NCBI GenBank assembly: GCA_030141605.1
Contig: JAQGDQ010000084.1
Span: forward strand, 248,001-312,000
Direction: 5' to 3'
Source of the DNA: Tubiluchus corallicola
Lineage: Eukaryota > Animalia > Priapulida
Length of the DNA: 64,000 nt
In this document: piece by piece, positions 41,211-52,279 of the stretch
Layout: each line of letters opens with the position of its first letter
Numbering within the stretch: position 1 is the stretch's first letter
Notes under the pieces: model-generated
Told to the model about the DNA's origin: nothing
The model's input: only the letters and a program-made list of their open reading frames with translations
Database searches by the model: none
Position numbers and translations under genes: made by a program

Positions 41211-41760
41211 GCAGGGACGTATCAAAAAATCGGGTGCAGGGGCTTATCAAGAAATAGCGACGCCCTAAGCTGATACTTCAGTCCCGCCCATCTCTATTGT
41301 GGATTCATGATTGCCTATATACGAGGTGAGAAACACAATTACTTGTGGTGTGTTAGCGTACTACATATCCGGTTATTTGTTAATTACATTTATTTACATA
41401 CCCTTATTTACATGCAGGCTGCTCAACTGCTTGTGGTGTACTAAGTTTATGCCATAATTACACCTATAGTTACACAAAAGTGTGCAAAAAGTGTGCGTCT
41501 TATACAAAGCGGACTCAGTAACTGCTTGTGGTCTACTACCTTTTATGCAATAATTACACCTGTAGTTACACAAAAGTGTGCAAAAAGTGTGCTTCTTATA
41601 TAAAGTAGACTCAGTAACTGCTTGTGACTTTTTGTTATAAAATGCGCGCTTTATATGAATTTGAAAGCATACACATTTTGCGAAGAGAATAATTTTTTTT
41701 CACACTGGGTCTTCTAAAATTTGGCGGCCTAGTTAGCCTGTTGATAAATTCGCCTCTGAT
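41211..41760 (-). mobile_element. Family F hAT MITE relative with an internal ~95-bp duplication
   Basis: Starts CAGGGACGTATCAA. Shares body sequence with 1542-1964. Confidence 0.6.
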
Positions 41761-42160
41761 CAGGTGATTATTAATGAGGATAAGATAATTGGTGGTTCTT
41801 CTGTCATGCCACTGTTGGCATGGACTACTGCTGCAGCTATAAATGACCGGGTGAACCGCTTTGATTCTTGCCCAGAACCGTTTCATTCGCCGTGCCGATT
41901 CGGGCTGTTTACCTCGTAGGAGGACATACACGTATCAGAACATCAGAACACGTGTTCAGATACGTCTGCTGATGTGGTAGTTCACCCTAGAGGCATAGCC
42001 TTGACATTGATAGGCACCTGTCTTGCCACAGCTATGAGTAGCACCTGCCGCTGAATGTTGGATTCAACATTGCAGGTCGAGAAGTTGGTGGGTTTAATGG
42101 TTCTAAAGATAACAGCCTGAAACGTTTTCTATTTATTTATTTTCAGCGTTATATTTAAGG

Positions 42161-42766
42161 TTAAAGGAAAACAACATGATTTTTCATATCCAAGCATTCT
42201 GAAGAATGGTAAAAGTCTAGATTTTAACGCCTATAATAATGCTAAAGCGTTTCTGATAATTAAATAATAATTTGAAACTTAATTAAGGGCTGGCGAACCC
42301 AAATAGTGATGACGTCACAAACGAACATGATTTTCAAAAGCACAAACATTCCATGAGAGTGTTCCACATGTTTGTGAAAGATAAATTGAAGTACAGTGCT
42401 ACTGTATAACAAAAACTCGCCAAAGTTTAAGTTAAAAACTCGAATTGCAAATTTGTTTACTGTCGTGCTCACGCATGAGCTCTCGAATGTGTGCACTACA
42501 TCACAGCTGAACATCTCTGAACTGAGAATTGCAGCACCTGTTTTTAATGCACGCGTTTCTGAGATGCAGGCGCTAGTGTCTGTCTAACTAGCAAATGGCG
42601 AAATGCATGTAACAGTGAAGAACTAGTGGCGCAAACGTGAAATTAGATTTCTGTGGTAATAATTCGTTCATCTAAGTCGTTCTTGAAAAAAATATGTTTC
42701 CTTCAATATTTCATAGAGTAGATTCTTTTGAGCTTCAGCTTAAGATTGGATCTGGTTTTTCCTTAA
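42161..42766 (+). mobile_element. Family A MITE
   Basis: TTAAAGGAAAACAAC...GGTTTTTCCTTAA. Confidence 0.85.
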
Positions 42767-43834
42767 GTCTCGGTGTTTGGTTGGCCTATTTAGAATGAAA
42801 TGATTTCAATGTTGTTATAAGATTTACAATTCGTTCCTAGCTGTTTAAAATAAAATGACGAACATAAAAATTATGACTGTGAATTGTATATATCAAAGAA
42901 TTCCAATTAGGCGTTTAATTAAATTCACAAAACAATAATTATGGTTTCATTAACGAAATTATTTCAGCGTTACGAAAAAGCCAATTTTAGCAAGATGCGC
43001 AACTATATAATTCACGCAGAAATCAAAGCATAACAGGCACCTGCCATAGATGCAAATAACACAGATAATGCACTTAAAGAAAACCATAGATAAATGTTAA
43101 TTCTGCACCACAGTGACAAAGGTTACGATTAGACGTCACACTATGAGTTAGCGCAAAACATCTAAGGTTTAAAGTAAATGAACGACATTTTAGTTTATCT
43201 AATCTAGTATTTCACGCTCTTATTTTATATTTTACATTTTTACAAAACTAACTCCTGGGACAGTCAAGTGGGAAAACACGTAGATGCCCTGTACCACGTG
43301 ATAAATGAGGGAGAAGCTCATTAAGCAGGCTTACTTGGGCATATCCTGGAAAATCTAGTTTGGGAACTCAAATTCAAATTCAAATTCAGTTTATTTCACC
43401 AGCAAACTACAATAATACAAATATACATGTACAACATCTTGTATAATTGAAGACTGCAAAAAGAAATAAAATAAAATAAGTTGTGACTCCCTAGAAATAC
43501 TATATTAAGGTGTTGAAGTTTGCCACATGGTAGCTAAACAGAGATCTTGTTAAGCTACCACGAAATGTGAAATAAAGAATGAAGAAGGTAGATGATGAAG
43601 AAGAGAATAAAGAAGTACTATGTAGGGAAGTTTTCAAAAAACCACTTTTTGTCTAATTACGAAGTTGGTGGTTAGGTTTAAAGATAATTCTATTTAAGAT
43701 GTAACATCAAACTAGGTTTGAAACAGACAGTTCAGTTTTACAACAGCTATATGTTCTCCCTGAAGACTATAATGGTTTGTAGCATTATTAAGTCTGCAAT
43801 ATACTTTATATTACGTTCACGTTTGCAAATTACT

Positions 43835-44836
43835 TTAAGAGAAAGAGCAAGTCGTCTGGGAAATTAGGCTTATTTCAGTGTCTACGCAAAATGTTAGAGG
43901 CATTTTATACAAAAACGTGAAAGTGGCTCGTGTAACTAGTAAAAAACGCATAAGTCGCTATCATTTCACGCTTGAGTGTTCCATTTAAACGTACACTCTT
44001 CCACCAGTGACGTCACTCATCGACTGAAGAAAACAGCGAGCTGTCAACTTTCGTCTAAAGTTTAATGATACAGTGTAAAAAATATATAAGCTAATTTTGT
44101 GATGTTTTTCATGAACGTTAGGTAAGCTGCAGAAGTTTGAATAGATTGCAAGCTTACGAAACGCCTCGATGTGGTTACGAAAAGTCACGAGATCCACCAG
44201 TTACGTCATGATTTTCAAGTGATTTGTCGCCGCGAAGATATGCTTCATAGGCTGTTTTTTGCAAATTTCTTTTTTCATATTTTTAAAAGTTTAAGTCTTG
44301 GGGTGTGCAAACTGCGGCCCGCGGGCCACTTGCGGCCCGCCGAGAGAATTTACCAACCTAATGAAAGTGCGGCCCGGGCGATTAATTGAGTGTATCCAGC
44401 TGAAGTCCGTGCCACGATCCCAAAGATAGTGCGGGTAGTTTTTTCTACTAGATCGGATGCCATTAACCCTCACAAGACGGTTGTAGCTTAATGTCACTGT
44501 ACTACACAGACTGTGTGATACACATTACTAATATGCATTGTAATGAAATTACCACTATCTGTCCTGAAAGTAGAAATATATGGTTTGTAATGTAAATTTT
44601 AATAACTTCTGAAATAGTTTCTTGAGTGTAGTTGTAATGATGTACGCAGGTGGGATGCAAAAAAATCGTTATTAGGCCTTTCTGTACTTGGCTCCTTGAT
44701 CAAACTGCCTGTAGCCCGCAGGAATTGCGGGAAAATTTAATGTGGCCCGGCTAGTCAGATAATTTACACACCCCTGGTTTAAGTGATAACAGTAAAGTAA
44801 GCCATAACACACTAAATGACGTGTCTTTTCCTTTAA
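43835..44836 (+). mobile_element. Family B MITE interrupted by a nested hAT MITE
   Basis: TTAAGAGAAAG...CTTTTCCTTTAA. The family B body resumes after 44776. Confidence 0.75.
44297..44776. mobile_element. hAT (Charlie-like) MITE
   Basis: Perfect 8-bp TSD GTTTAAGT. Ends GGGGTGTGCAAA / TTTACACACCCCTG. Subterminal GCGGCCCGC repeats. Confidence 0.88.
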
Positions 44837-45247
44837 TTAACATGCAGTCACGGTTAAATGATAGTTTATATATGTTGCACGTTGAACTGTAGTAGTTATC
44901 AGTTAGAAAATGGATATAATCTTTTTGCAAGGAGATAAATGAGGAAAAAGAGCTTTAATAGGAAACCAACAGGGAATTGTTAATATGGCTAGAGACTGCA
45001 TCGAATGCTTAGAATGCAATGATTTTAGTTTTTTAAATACAGCACAGTACAATCAATTCTAGATTACATTGTTACATGTTAATTTGAAAGAAATTGTACT
45101 GCTAATATATTTTATAAGAAATATTAGGCCCATTAATTCTTATTATTATCGTTTTGTTGTTCTTATTACTAATCGTGTGAATAATCTTGACTGCTAACAC
45201 TTTTTTATGAATTACTTATGTAAAGTATATTCGAAATAAAATGGTGT

Positions 45248-45252
45248 TAATA

Positions 45253-45283
<31 letters not shown>

Positions 45284-45349
45284 CGACGACGACGACGACG
45301 ATGACGATGATGATCATGACGATAACAGTCATGATGAAGACGGCGACGA

Positions 45350-45385
<36 letters not shown>

Positions 45386-45439
45386 TGATGATGATGACGA
45401 CGATGTTGATGATGATGACGATGACGACGATGATGATGA

Positions 45440-45490
<51 letters not shown>

Positions 45491-45540
45491 TGATGATGAT
45501 GATGATGATGATGACGATGATGATGATAATAATAATAATA
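45248..45540. repeat. (GAT)n/(GAC)n microsatellite
   Basis: Read directly. Confidence 0.95.
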
Positions 45541-46029
45541 TATTCGTATTGCCATTTCCGACAGCTGGATTTCGAGTTGTATATAAAAAACGTTGCAGGA
45601 AAACGAGAAGCATTGCACTTAGTTGACTAAACGCCAAGATCAATGGCTGCGTTTACAATCAATGCATTTACCAAATAATAAACATGCCACGTTATGAATG
45701 TGTACTGATTACGTTTCATCAGTTAGGCTTTTCATAATGTAGCACGTTTTGTCAACAGAAACTAAAAGCATGCAAGATAATAGGAAGGTGACACAAACGG
45801 CAACGGCTAATACGCGTTCTTATTTACGGCATGCATTATGTATGGAAAGCTCAATGTCTTTCAATGTCTTATCACCTTGCAAAATGAAGACGCGTTTAGA
45901 TAGAATGGCGTGCGAGAAAAATAGAAGCAATACGTATGTCACGCTTACAATCATAAGAAAGGATAGGTAGGAAAACAGATGGCCAGAGGCAATCGAGCAA
46001 GATTGTATATTTTTCGTGTGGGGAATTTA

Positions 46030-46590
46030 GGCATGCAGGTACATCGGCACTTTTCTAAACACCGAAGATGATATTAAAAGTAGAATGCAACAAGCAATGC
46101 ATGCTTTTCTTCACCACAAGAGTGTATTAAATAGCAAGAAATTAAGTCTTAACATAAAACTTCGATTATTTAATGCTTACGTTACCAGTATATTTATGTA
46201 CAACAGTGAAACGTGGGGTTTAACGATTACTCAAGAAAAGCAGATGACACATTTCATAAAAGTCTTCTAAAGAGAGTTTTAAAGATAGATGGCCATATAC
46301 AATCAAAAATGAAGATTTATACTCTAGAAATTCCTTAGAGTCAGCATCAGGATTCAAAGATAAAAATGCCTAGGACATCTTCTAAGATTACAAAATGAAG
46401 CACCAGTAAGAATCGCCTTAAAGGAAGCCTTAAAACCTTGCAAAAAACCACCTGGTAAACCTAAAACAACTTGGATAGCTAAGATGAATAAAGATATTCA
46501 ACAACTTCAACCAACTCTATCTTTAGGAGTAGAAGAACTTACACTGTTAGCTGCAGATAGAAGTGGGTGGAATACTGATAAATGTTGATA
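46030..46590 (+). mobile_element. RTE-like LINE 3' remnant
   Basis: KLRLFNAYVTSIFMYNSETW and PPGKPKTTWI segments with frameshifts. Confidence 0.75.
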
Positions 46591-47637
46591 TCTCTGTGCC
46601 TACAGTAGATCGAATGAGACTTCGAAGAAAAGGCAGCACACGTACAAATGTCCAGTAGCAGACCGAATAATGGACAACTATAGTTTTATTGTTTCGCCAT
46701 TTTGAAAATTGGCTGTTGGGAAAAAGTCGTTACTTCCTTGTTACATTTTAGAAGGTATGAATTTTATATGCATTTAAACTGGAAGAAAAGACAATTTTAA
46801 ACTATGTCCCAAAAAACTTTCCATGCAAAGTTATGTTACTTACCATTACGCTTACTTACTTTAAAAAGACTTATATACCTAGAAAAGGAAATTCTTGGTA
46901 ATTTAAAATGTTTATGCCACTTGGCAAAACGTCACTGACTCACCTTCCCAGGGTGCACCTCTGATTCACCAAAAACACATTATCGACTTTGCTTAGATAG
47001 TGAAGTGTGCTACGAATGCTCTGACTATTTTTTCAAACTTTATGCAATGTTATCTAAATTTGTTTCAAACTTTATGCAACGTTATCTAAATTTGTTTCAA
47101 ACCAGCTAACATCAAAATGGCTGCGCCTAAAACAGACATCGTGGAAGTCTAAGTTTATGTATTTTATACAACGTTACTGTTAATGCAAACCCTGTATGCA
47201 GTAAGACAGCATGTAAGTGATATTTTGTTTCAAGACGAGTTTTTCTACCTTTGTATAAGTAAAGACTTCTCTTGGGCATATCAAGCAAGTCATATGTCGA
47301 CTCTGGCTTCACTTAGAGGCGAGCATTAATGATGAGTGGGTTACGGTCTTGCCACCCACATCCAGCAAGTCTTGCCGCCTAACCACAAGCTGACACTCTG
47401 CGAGAAGTGTCGAAAGTAACTCACCAACACGTTCACACTAGTTAGCAAATCAACAGTCAAAGAGTTTGCAATAACTAGCCAACGGTAATTCAGAAACTAG
47501 TTCACACTTGCGAGTTTGCTGTCAGAGAGAAAACTCGCTAGTTTGAGCGCCCCCTAACACTGCTAGCAAACAAAATCGATTCGATTGATTGTAGGCCTCA
47601 TATGATCTCCAATCTCTATCAAAAACTATGTGACAAG

Positions 47638-48120
47638 CAATGGCAGCTCGTAGATAAAATTAGTGGGATGCTACTTCAGAAAATTTTTAACCATTGTTTT
47701 AATACCGTGTAAAACGAAACAAACATAGGTAATTTATTTGTCATTTTAAACAAACAAATATACAAACATTAATATATAAACTACAGAAAATCTTAAACAA
47801 TTTTTTTTATTACGAATAGCCTAAATCGCCGCAGTTCAAGAATATGCTGGTACACTGTTTTTAAGCACGTGGCAACTGACAACAAACTCTGTGAGCGACA
47901 GTACTTTTTCTATCTAGCAGCAGACTCTAGCAGTGCAGCGTGCTGGGTCTTTTCTCAGACATTAGCGCATAACACACCACTGTGCTTGGCTGTGAAGCAA
48001 ACGTGCTTTGGTTCTGTACAAATATAAAGAGAAAGACTTATTATATTGAATGTTATCAATAATATTGAGTGAAAATAGAGGGTGCTGCAGTTCCACAGTA
48101 CCTATACACGAGCCGCCACG
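47638..48120 (+). mobile_element. Family E hAT-like MITE
   Basis: CAATGGCAGCTCGTAG...CACGAGCCGCCAC. Confidence 0.7.
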
Positions 48121-49129
48121 TTTACCAAGTATCTTTGCTCATAATCACTACAAAACTCCTCTCTTTTTCCACTAAACGAACGATTAAATCCAATACTGAA
48201 GACGAAAGTTATAAAACAAAAATGGCAACTCTTAATAAACACCCTCCTAATTAGTGCGGAAACAATTCAAAGGAATTTAATTTCCAGGCAAGCAAAGTAA
48301 ACGCTGCAATTAGAGCGTTCTGGGAAAAACTAACAATATTTAATGAGGAGGAGTAATTATTAATTGATTACAGCGCCAAAGATATTGGGTAGAATTCGTG
48401 ATTTATTTAGTATCGACCGTGTCACGCGGCGTAGTGAGTTGCATTATTAAGTTCTCACAGTTTTCTATGAACTAAGTAAACTTGACTTTGTCTCTGTAAG
48501 TTTCATCAATTATTAGTTTGTAAAGGGTTAAATTCATAATACAATATAAATTTTAACTCACGCACACATATGTATATATAATTACATACATAACTCAGGC
48601 AAAATTTATCCTGGTTTTATCGTAAATTTTAGCAAAAGTTCTTGTTCTTATATATTTGCAAGTAAATCGTGCATGTAGAAAAGTTTGTCATTTTTAACAC
48701 TTTCCTAATAGAGTAATCTAAATAATCCCAGTGAATAAATTCTGTTATTATAGACTTTACTTATTATAAATAATTGCTAAGATGTTTTATAAGCAAGTTT
48801 GTGGTACATGTATTAAGGACATAGTTATAATTTACCGTGTTGTATATATTATTTGATAATAATTCTTTCACGTAAGTTATTTTTGAAAAAAAATAGTATG
48901 TTCCCTTTCAATATTTTAAAGAGCAGATTGTTTTGACCTACAGTTTAAGATTGGGTCAAGTTTTGCTTTAAGTTAGTAGGCTACTCTTGACCCCCAGGCG
49001 TCAGAGAAGATCTTAAAACCCATTTATTGTTACTTCCTGAAACAAAGAAGACACTTGTCAAACCGTAGAAGTAATCAATTCATGTCCGAAAGCTACTAAG
49101 TAAAATATTATGGCAGCACAATCACTACT

Positions 49130-49350
49130 GTTCACTTTTCCGTAAGTACGGTTTGTGGACTCTAAGACAGTTGTGTTGTAGTTCTACAAAAGTGTGTTAT
49201 CAAAATAAAATTGTTGTGAAAAAAAATGAGTTTTTCTTCAATGCCTCTGTTACGAAGAAGTTGTTCCATGTAATTCTCATGGTGCTAAAAACGTTTGAAA
49301 ATCTGTTACTGTATGCTGTAAATACTCAAGCAAAACACCTAGTCACCTAG
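49130..49350 (+). pseudogene. Decayed duplicate of the TTLL4-like gene 5' end
   Basis: 49171-49254 aligns with 49778-49861 (MSFSSMPLLR vs MSLSSMPPLR), followed by an in-frame stop. Confidence 0.7.
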
Positions 49351-49811
49351 CGCTTGAACTGCAGTTGGTGATGACCTTGTTCCTCCTGTGAAAAGCAACT
49401 TCAAAAGCAAACCACTGGTCAAGTGATTAAATGTTAAACTTCTAGAAACAACGAGGTTAATTGTAGCGGACGAAGGGGTGACAGATTCAAAACAAAACTG
49501 CATTGTTAAGCTATTAATGCATATGATAAACATACTGTACCTGCTTACAAACAAAACTGTACTTAACATGACTGTTTCTACGTAGATTACAGTGCGCAAA
49601 ATCCAGGTAAACATTATTATGAGTACGTGAATGGAACTATTAAGTCAATTATGCGGAGTTATTTGAGTAAAGTGGCGCTTGTTTTATATACATTTGAATA
49701 GAAGGTTTTTGAGTCAATTAAGAGACTGATTCTATTCACCGTGAGTCTAATGAACGGCGCCTACTGTATGAGACCTTTGTGTTGCAGGTCTAACAAAAGT
49801 TTGTTATCAAA

Positions 49812-51515
49812 ATGAAATTGTTGTGTGATAAAATGAGTCTTTCTTCAATGCCACCGTTACGTTCTTTGCCTATACTGATTATTTTATTGCTGTTAAAGCG
49901 ACAATTAACAATTACAGCTGGACAAAATATGGAACTTCTTGTCGACCGGTCGTCTATTAGTCACTGGCTCACACTGAATGGACAACAAAACGACACAGAC
50001 GCATCATGTGTTCGGACACTTCCAGCGGTCATCCCAAGTATTTTTTCAAACGTTCCATCTGTCATGAATTTTGGCTTGTATGGGCAAATAGTTCAGGAAT
50101 TGCCAAGCTATTTGAAGAAAAAACTCAAATGGAAATTTAGTGCAAAGGGTGGCACTGCAGATATACAATACTTAAAAAGGATGCTACTGCTTTCGAATTT
50201 CCAATTCACAGACAGTCCTGACTGGATCGCTTACACTAGCATGTTGTACAATAAAACGATGCCGGTCCTCCACGAAGGAGGGAAATTTAACCAGCTCCCA
50301 GGCTCCCAGAAGGAAGCCATGCAAAAAGACACTTTATGGAGAAACATGAAAACTCTGATCTCAAAACACGGACAAGAAGAATTCGATTTTGTCCCACAGA
50401 CTTTCATATTACCAGAAGAATTGTTTGAATTTTATGAGTACTATGGCAACCAGAAAAATCCAGGATTGTGGATTTATAAACCGTGGAACAGAGGGAGAGG
50501 CATCGGTATTGAAGTCATCAACTCGACGATCCAGTTACCAAACGCAGAAATAGTAATACAAGATTATATATCAAAGCCATATCTTCTCGATGGCTTTAAG
50601 GTCGATTTGAGAGTATTTGTTTACGTTTCATCGCTAGATCCGTTAAGGATTTATATACACGAGCTCGGAGCTATCAGAATTGCTACGGAAAAATATTCCA
50701 CTAATTCACTATATGACAAATTCATTCATATTACCAATGTGTTCATTCAAAAGAAAAGTCCAAAATATGACTTTTCAAAACACATGCAAAGTTTGCAAGA
50801 TCTTTGGCGTTACTTAAAACAGAAGGGCATCGATACTAAGCTTATTTGGCAACAAATCCAAGATTTAGTTGTAAAACAGTTTATTGCTGGTGAAAAAGTT
50901 TTGTACAATATGATGAACGCCCACGGTAAGAGCCCTTATTGTTGCAATGAACTATTTGGACACGATATTATCTTAGATGACCAACTGAAACCATGGTTGA
51001 TGGAAGCTAACACCTTTACTGCATTTGGAGATGATAATATCGGAGAGATGTTGCGAGACCGACTCAATTTAGCTGGATATCGTTTGCCAGAAACACCGAG
51101 AATTCGTATTAGCAAAACTGAGAGTAATTTCTCGAACACTTTTGAGCACATCGTAGGACCCACGTTACCAAAGCCATTATCTAGTTCAACTCTCAAGCCA
51201 CACGAACATTTAAAGCGTCTCCACTTTACAACTAACGCATCAGAAGAGGAAATAGAATCTCACATTCTAGACGATCTTACACCAGCTGATGTACGTGAAC
51301 TAGTAGAAGCAGAGGATGAGTACCAGAGACGAGGAGGTTTCCAGCGAATCTTTCCAAGTCCGAGATCTCATAAATACCTTAGATATTTTGAGCAAAGGCG
51401 TTACAGTAATTTACTACTCGATGCCTGGACAAGGAAGTATCATAAGAATCCCAGTAAAGGATGGGAAATATTGGAAAAGTTATGCAAAAACATCAGCAAT
51501 GCTTGTGATTCATGA
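49812..51515 (+). CDS. TTLL4: TTLL4-like tubulin-tyrosine-ligase-family ATP-grasp ligase with an N-terminal signal-peptide-like segment; uninterrupted CDS, likely start at 49833
   Basis: PSIFSNVP, KDTLWRN, FVPQTFILP, WIYKP..RGIGI, QDYISKPYL, KVDLRVFVYV..DPLRIY, ELFGHDIILD..LKPWLMEAN, and the TTLL4-type tail LTPADVRELVEAEDE..RRGGFQRIFP. It is probably a divergent paralog, not the canonical ortholog. Confidence 0.9.
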   Translation: MKLLCDKMSLSSMPPLRSLPILIILLLLKRQLTITAGQNMELLVDRSSISHWLTLNGQQNDTDASCVRTLPAVIPSIFSNVPSVMNFGLYGQIVQELPSYLKKKLKWKFSAKGGTADIQYLKRMLLLSNFQFTDSPDWIAYTSMLYNKTMPVLHEGGKFNQLPGSQKEAMQKDTLWRNMKTLISKHGQEEFDFVPQTFILPEELFEFYEYYGNQKNPGLWIYKPWNRGRGIGIEVINSTIQLPNAEIVIQDYISKPYLLDGFKVDLRVFVYVSSLDPLRIYIHELGAIRIATEKYSTNSLYDKFIHITNVFIQKKSPKYDFSKHMQSLQDLWRYLKQKGIDTKLIWQQIQDLVVKQFIAGEKVLYNMMNAHGKSPYCCNELFGHDIILDDQLKPWLMEANTFTAFGDDNIGEMLRDRLNLAGYRLPETPRIRISKTESNFSNTFEHIVGPTLPKPLSSSTLKPHEHLKRLHFTTNASEEEIESHILDDLTPADVRELVEAEDEYQRRGGFQRIFPSPRSHKYLRYFEQRRYSNLLLDAWTRKYHKNPSKGWEILEKLCKNISNACDS

Positions 51516-51851
51516 ATTTAATACACGGCTGTATAGTTAACTCTCTGATAAGTTATTTTTACATTTTTTCTTTCCCCATTCTTGCAACTTATTAGGGAAA
51601 ACAACTTTATCCTGAAAAAACTGAAATCACATTCTGATTTGGTGTGTAAATGTTCAGTGAAATTTAGGTTTTAGCACCAATCTTTATACCCCATATTGTC
51701 TTTGATACACCATATCCCATATGCATTTTATACCCATCTTAATAGTAATGTCAGTATAAATTACCCTATTTCTAAAACCTATTTATTATTATTTATAATG
51801 ATAACTATATATTTATTAAGACCTATTTATTGATGTTATTTCAAAACATAT

Positions 51852-52279
51852 TGTACTGCAGGGCTGTGGTGTGAAATGAAATGTAATGCTGGCAAGGAAT
51901 ACAGTAGACTTCTCAGGTGTGCATGTGAACGTGGCTTTATCTAGCACAAACTCGTATTCTTACCTTGTGTTAGTAAAAGCCACTAGTCACGTGCACACCA
52001 GAGCTTATAAAAAGGGAAGGTCTGCTGTAGACCCTTGTCAGTGGTCGTGTCTTTCATTGCAGCTCTGTTCACATTTCACAGGCTTGCCGCTAACTCCGTT
52101 CTTCTAGGTAAGCTGTTTGTTCCTTATTGGGGGTGTAATATGTAGTAATAAAATTGTCATTTAGACTCTATTGTTTGGGTGTTTTGGGTTTGGTGCTGAA
52201 GGACTTAATTGAGACATACCGCACGGTGTGGGCGGTGTTGCCATCCGTCCTGCCTCCGTTAAAAGCGGACAGCAGTCCA
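51852..52279 (+). mobile_element. Solo LTR, same family as 35724-36153
   Basis: TGTACT...AGTCCA with ATAT on both sides. Confidence 0.8.

Noticed and set aside
35724-52279. One 16-kb LTR retrotransposon that captured the TTLL gene
   Set aside because: Each LTR has its own ATAT flanks, there is no PBS or PPT, no gag-pol remnants are visible, and the interior holds older diverged repeats.
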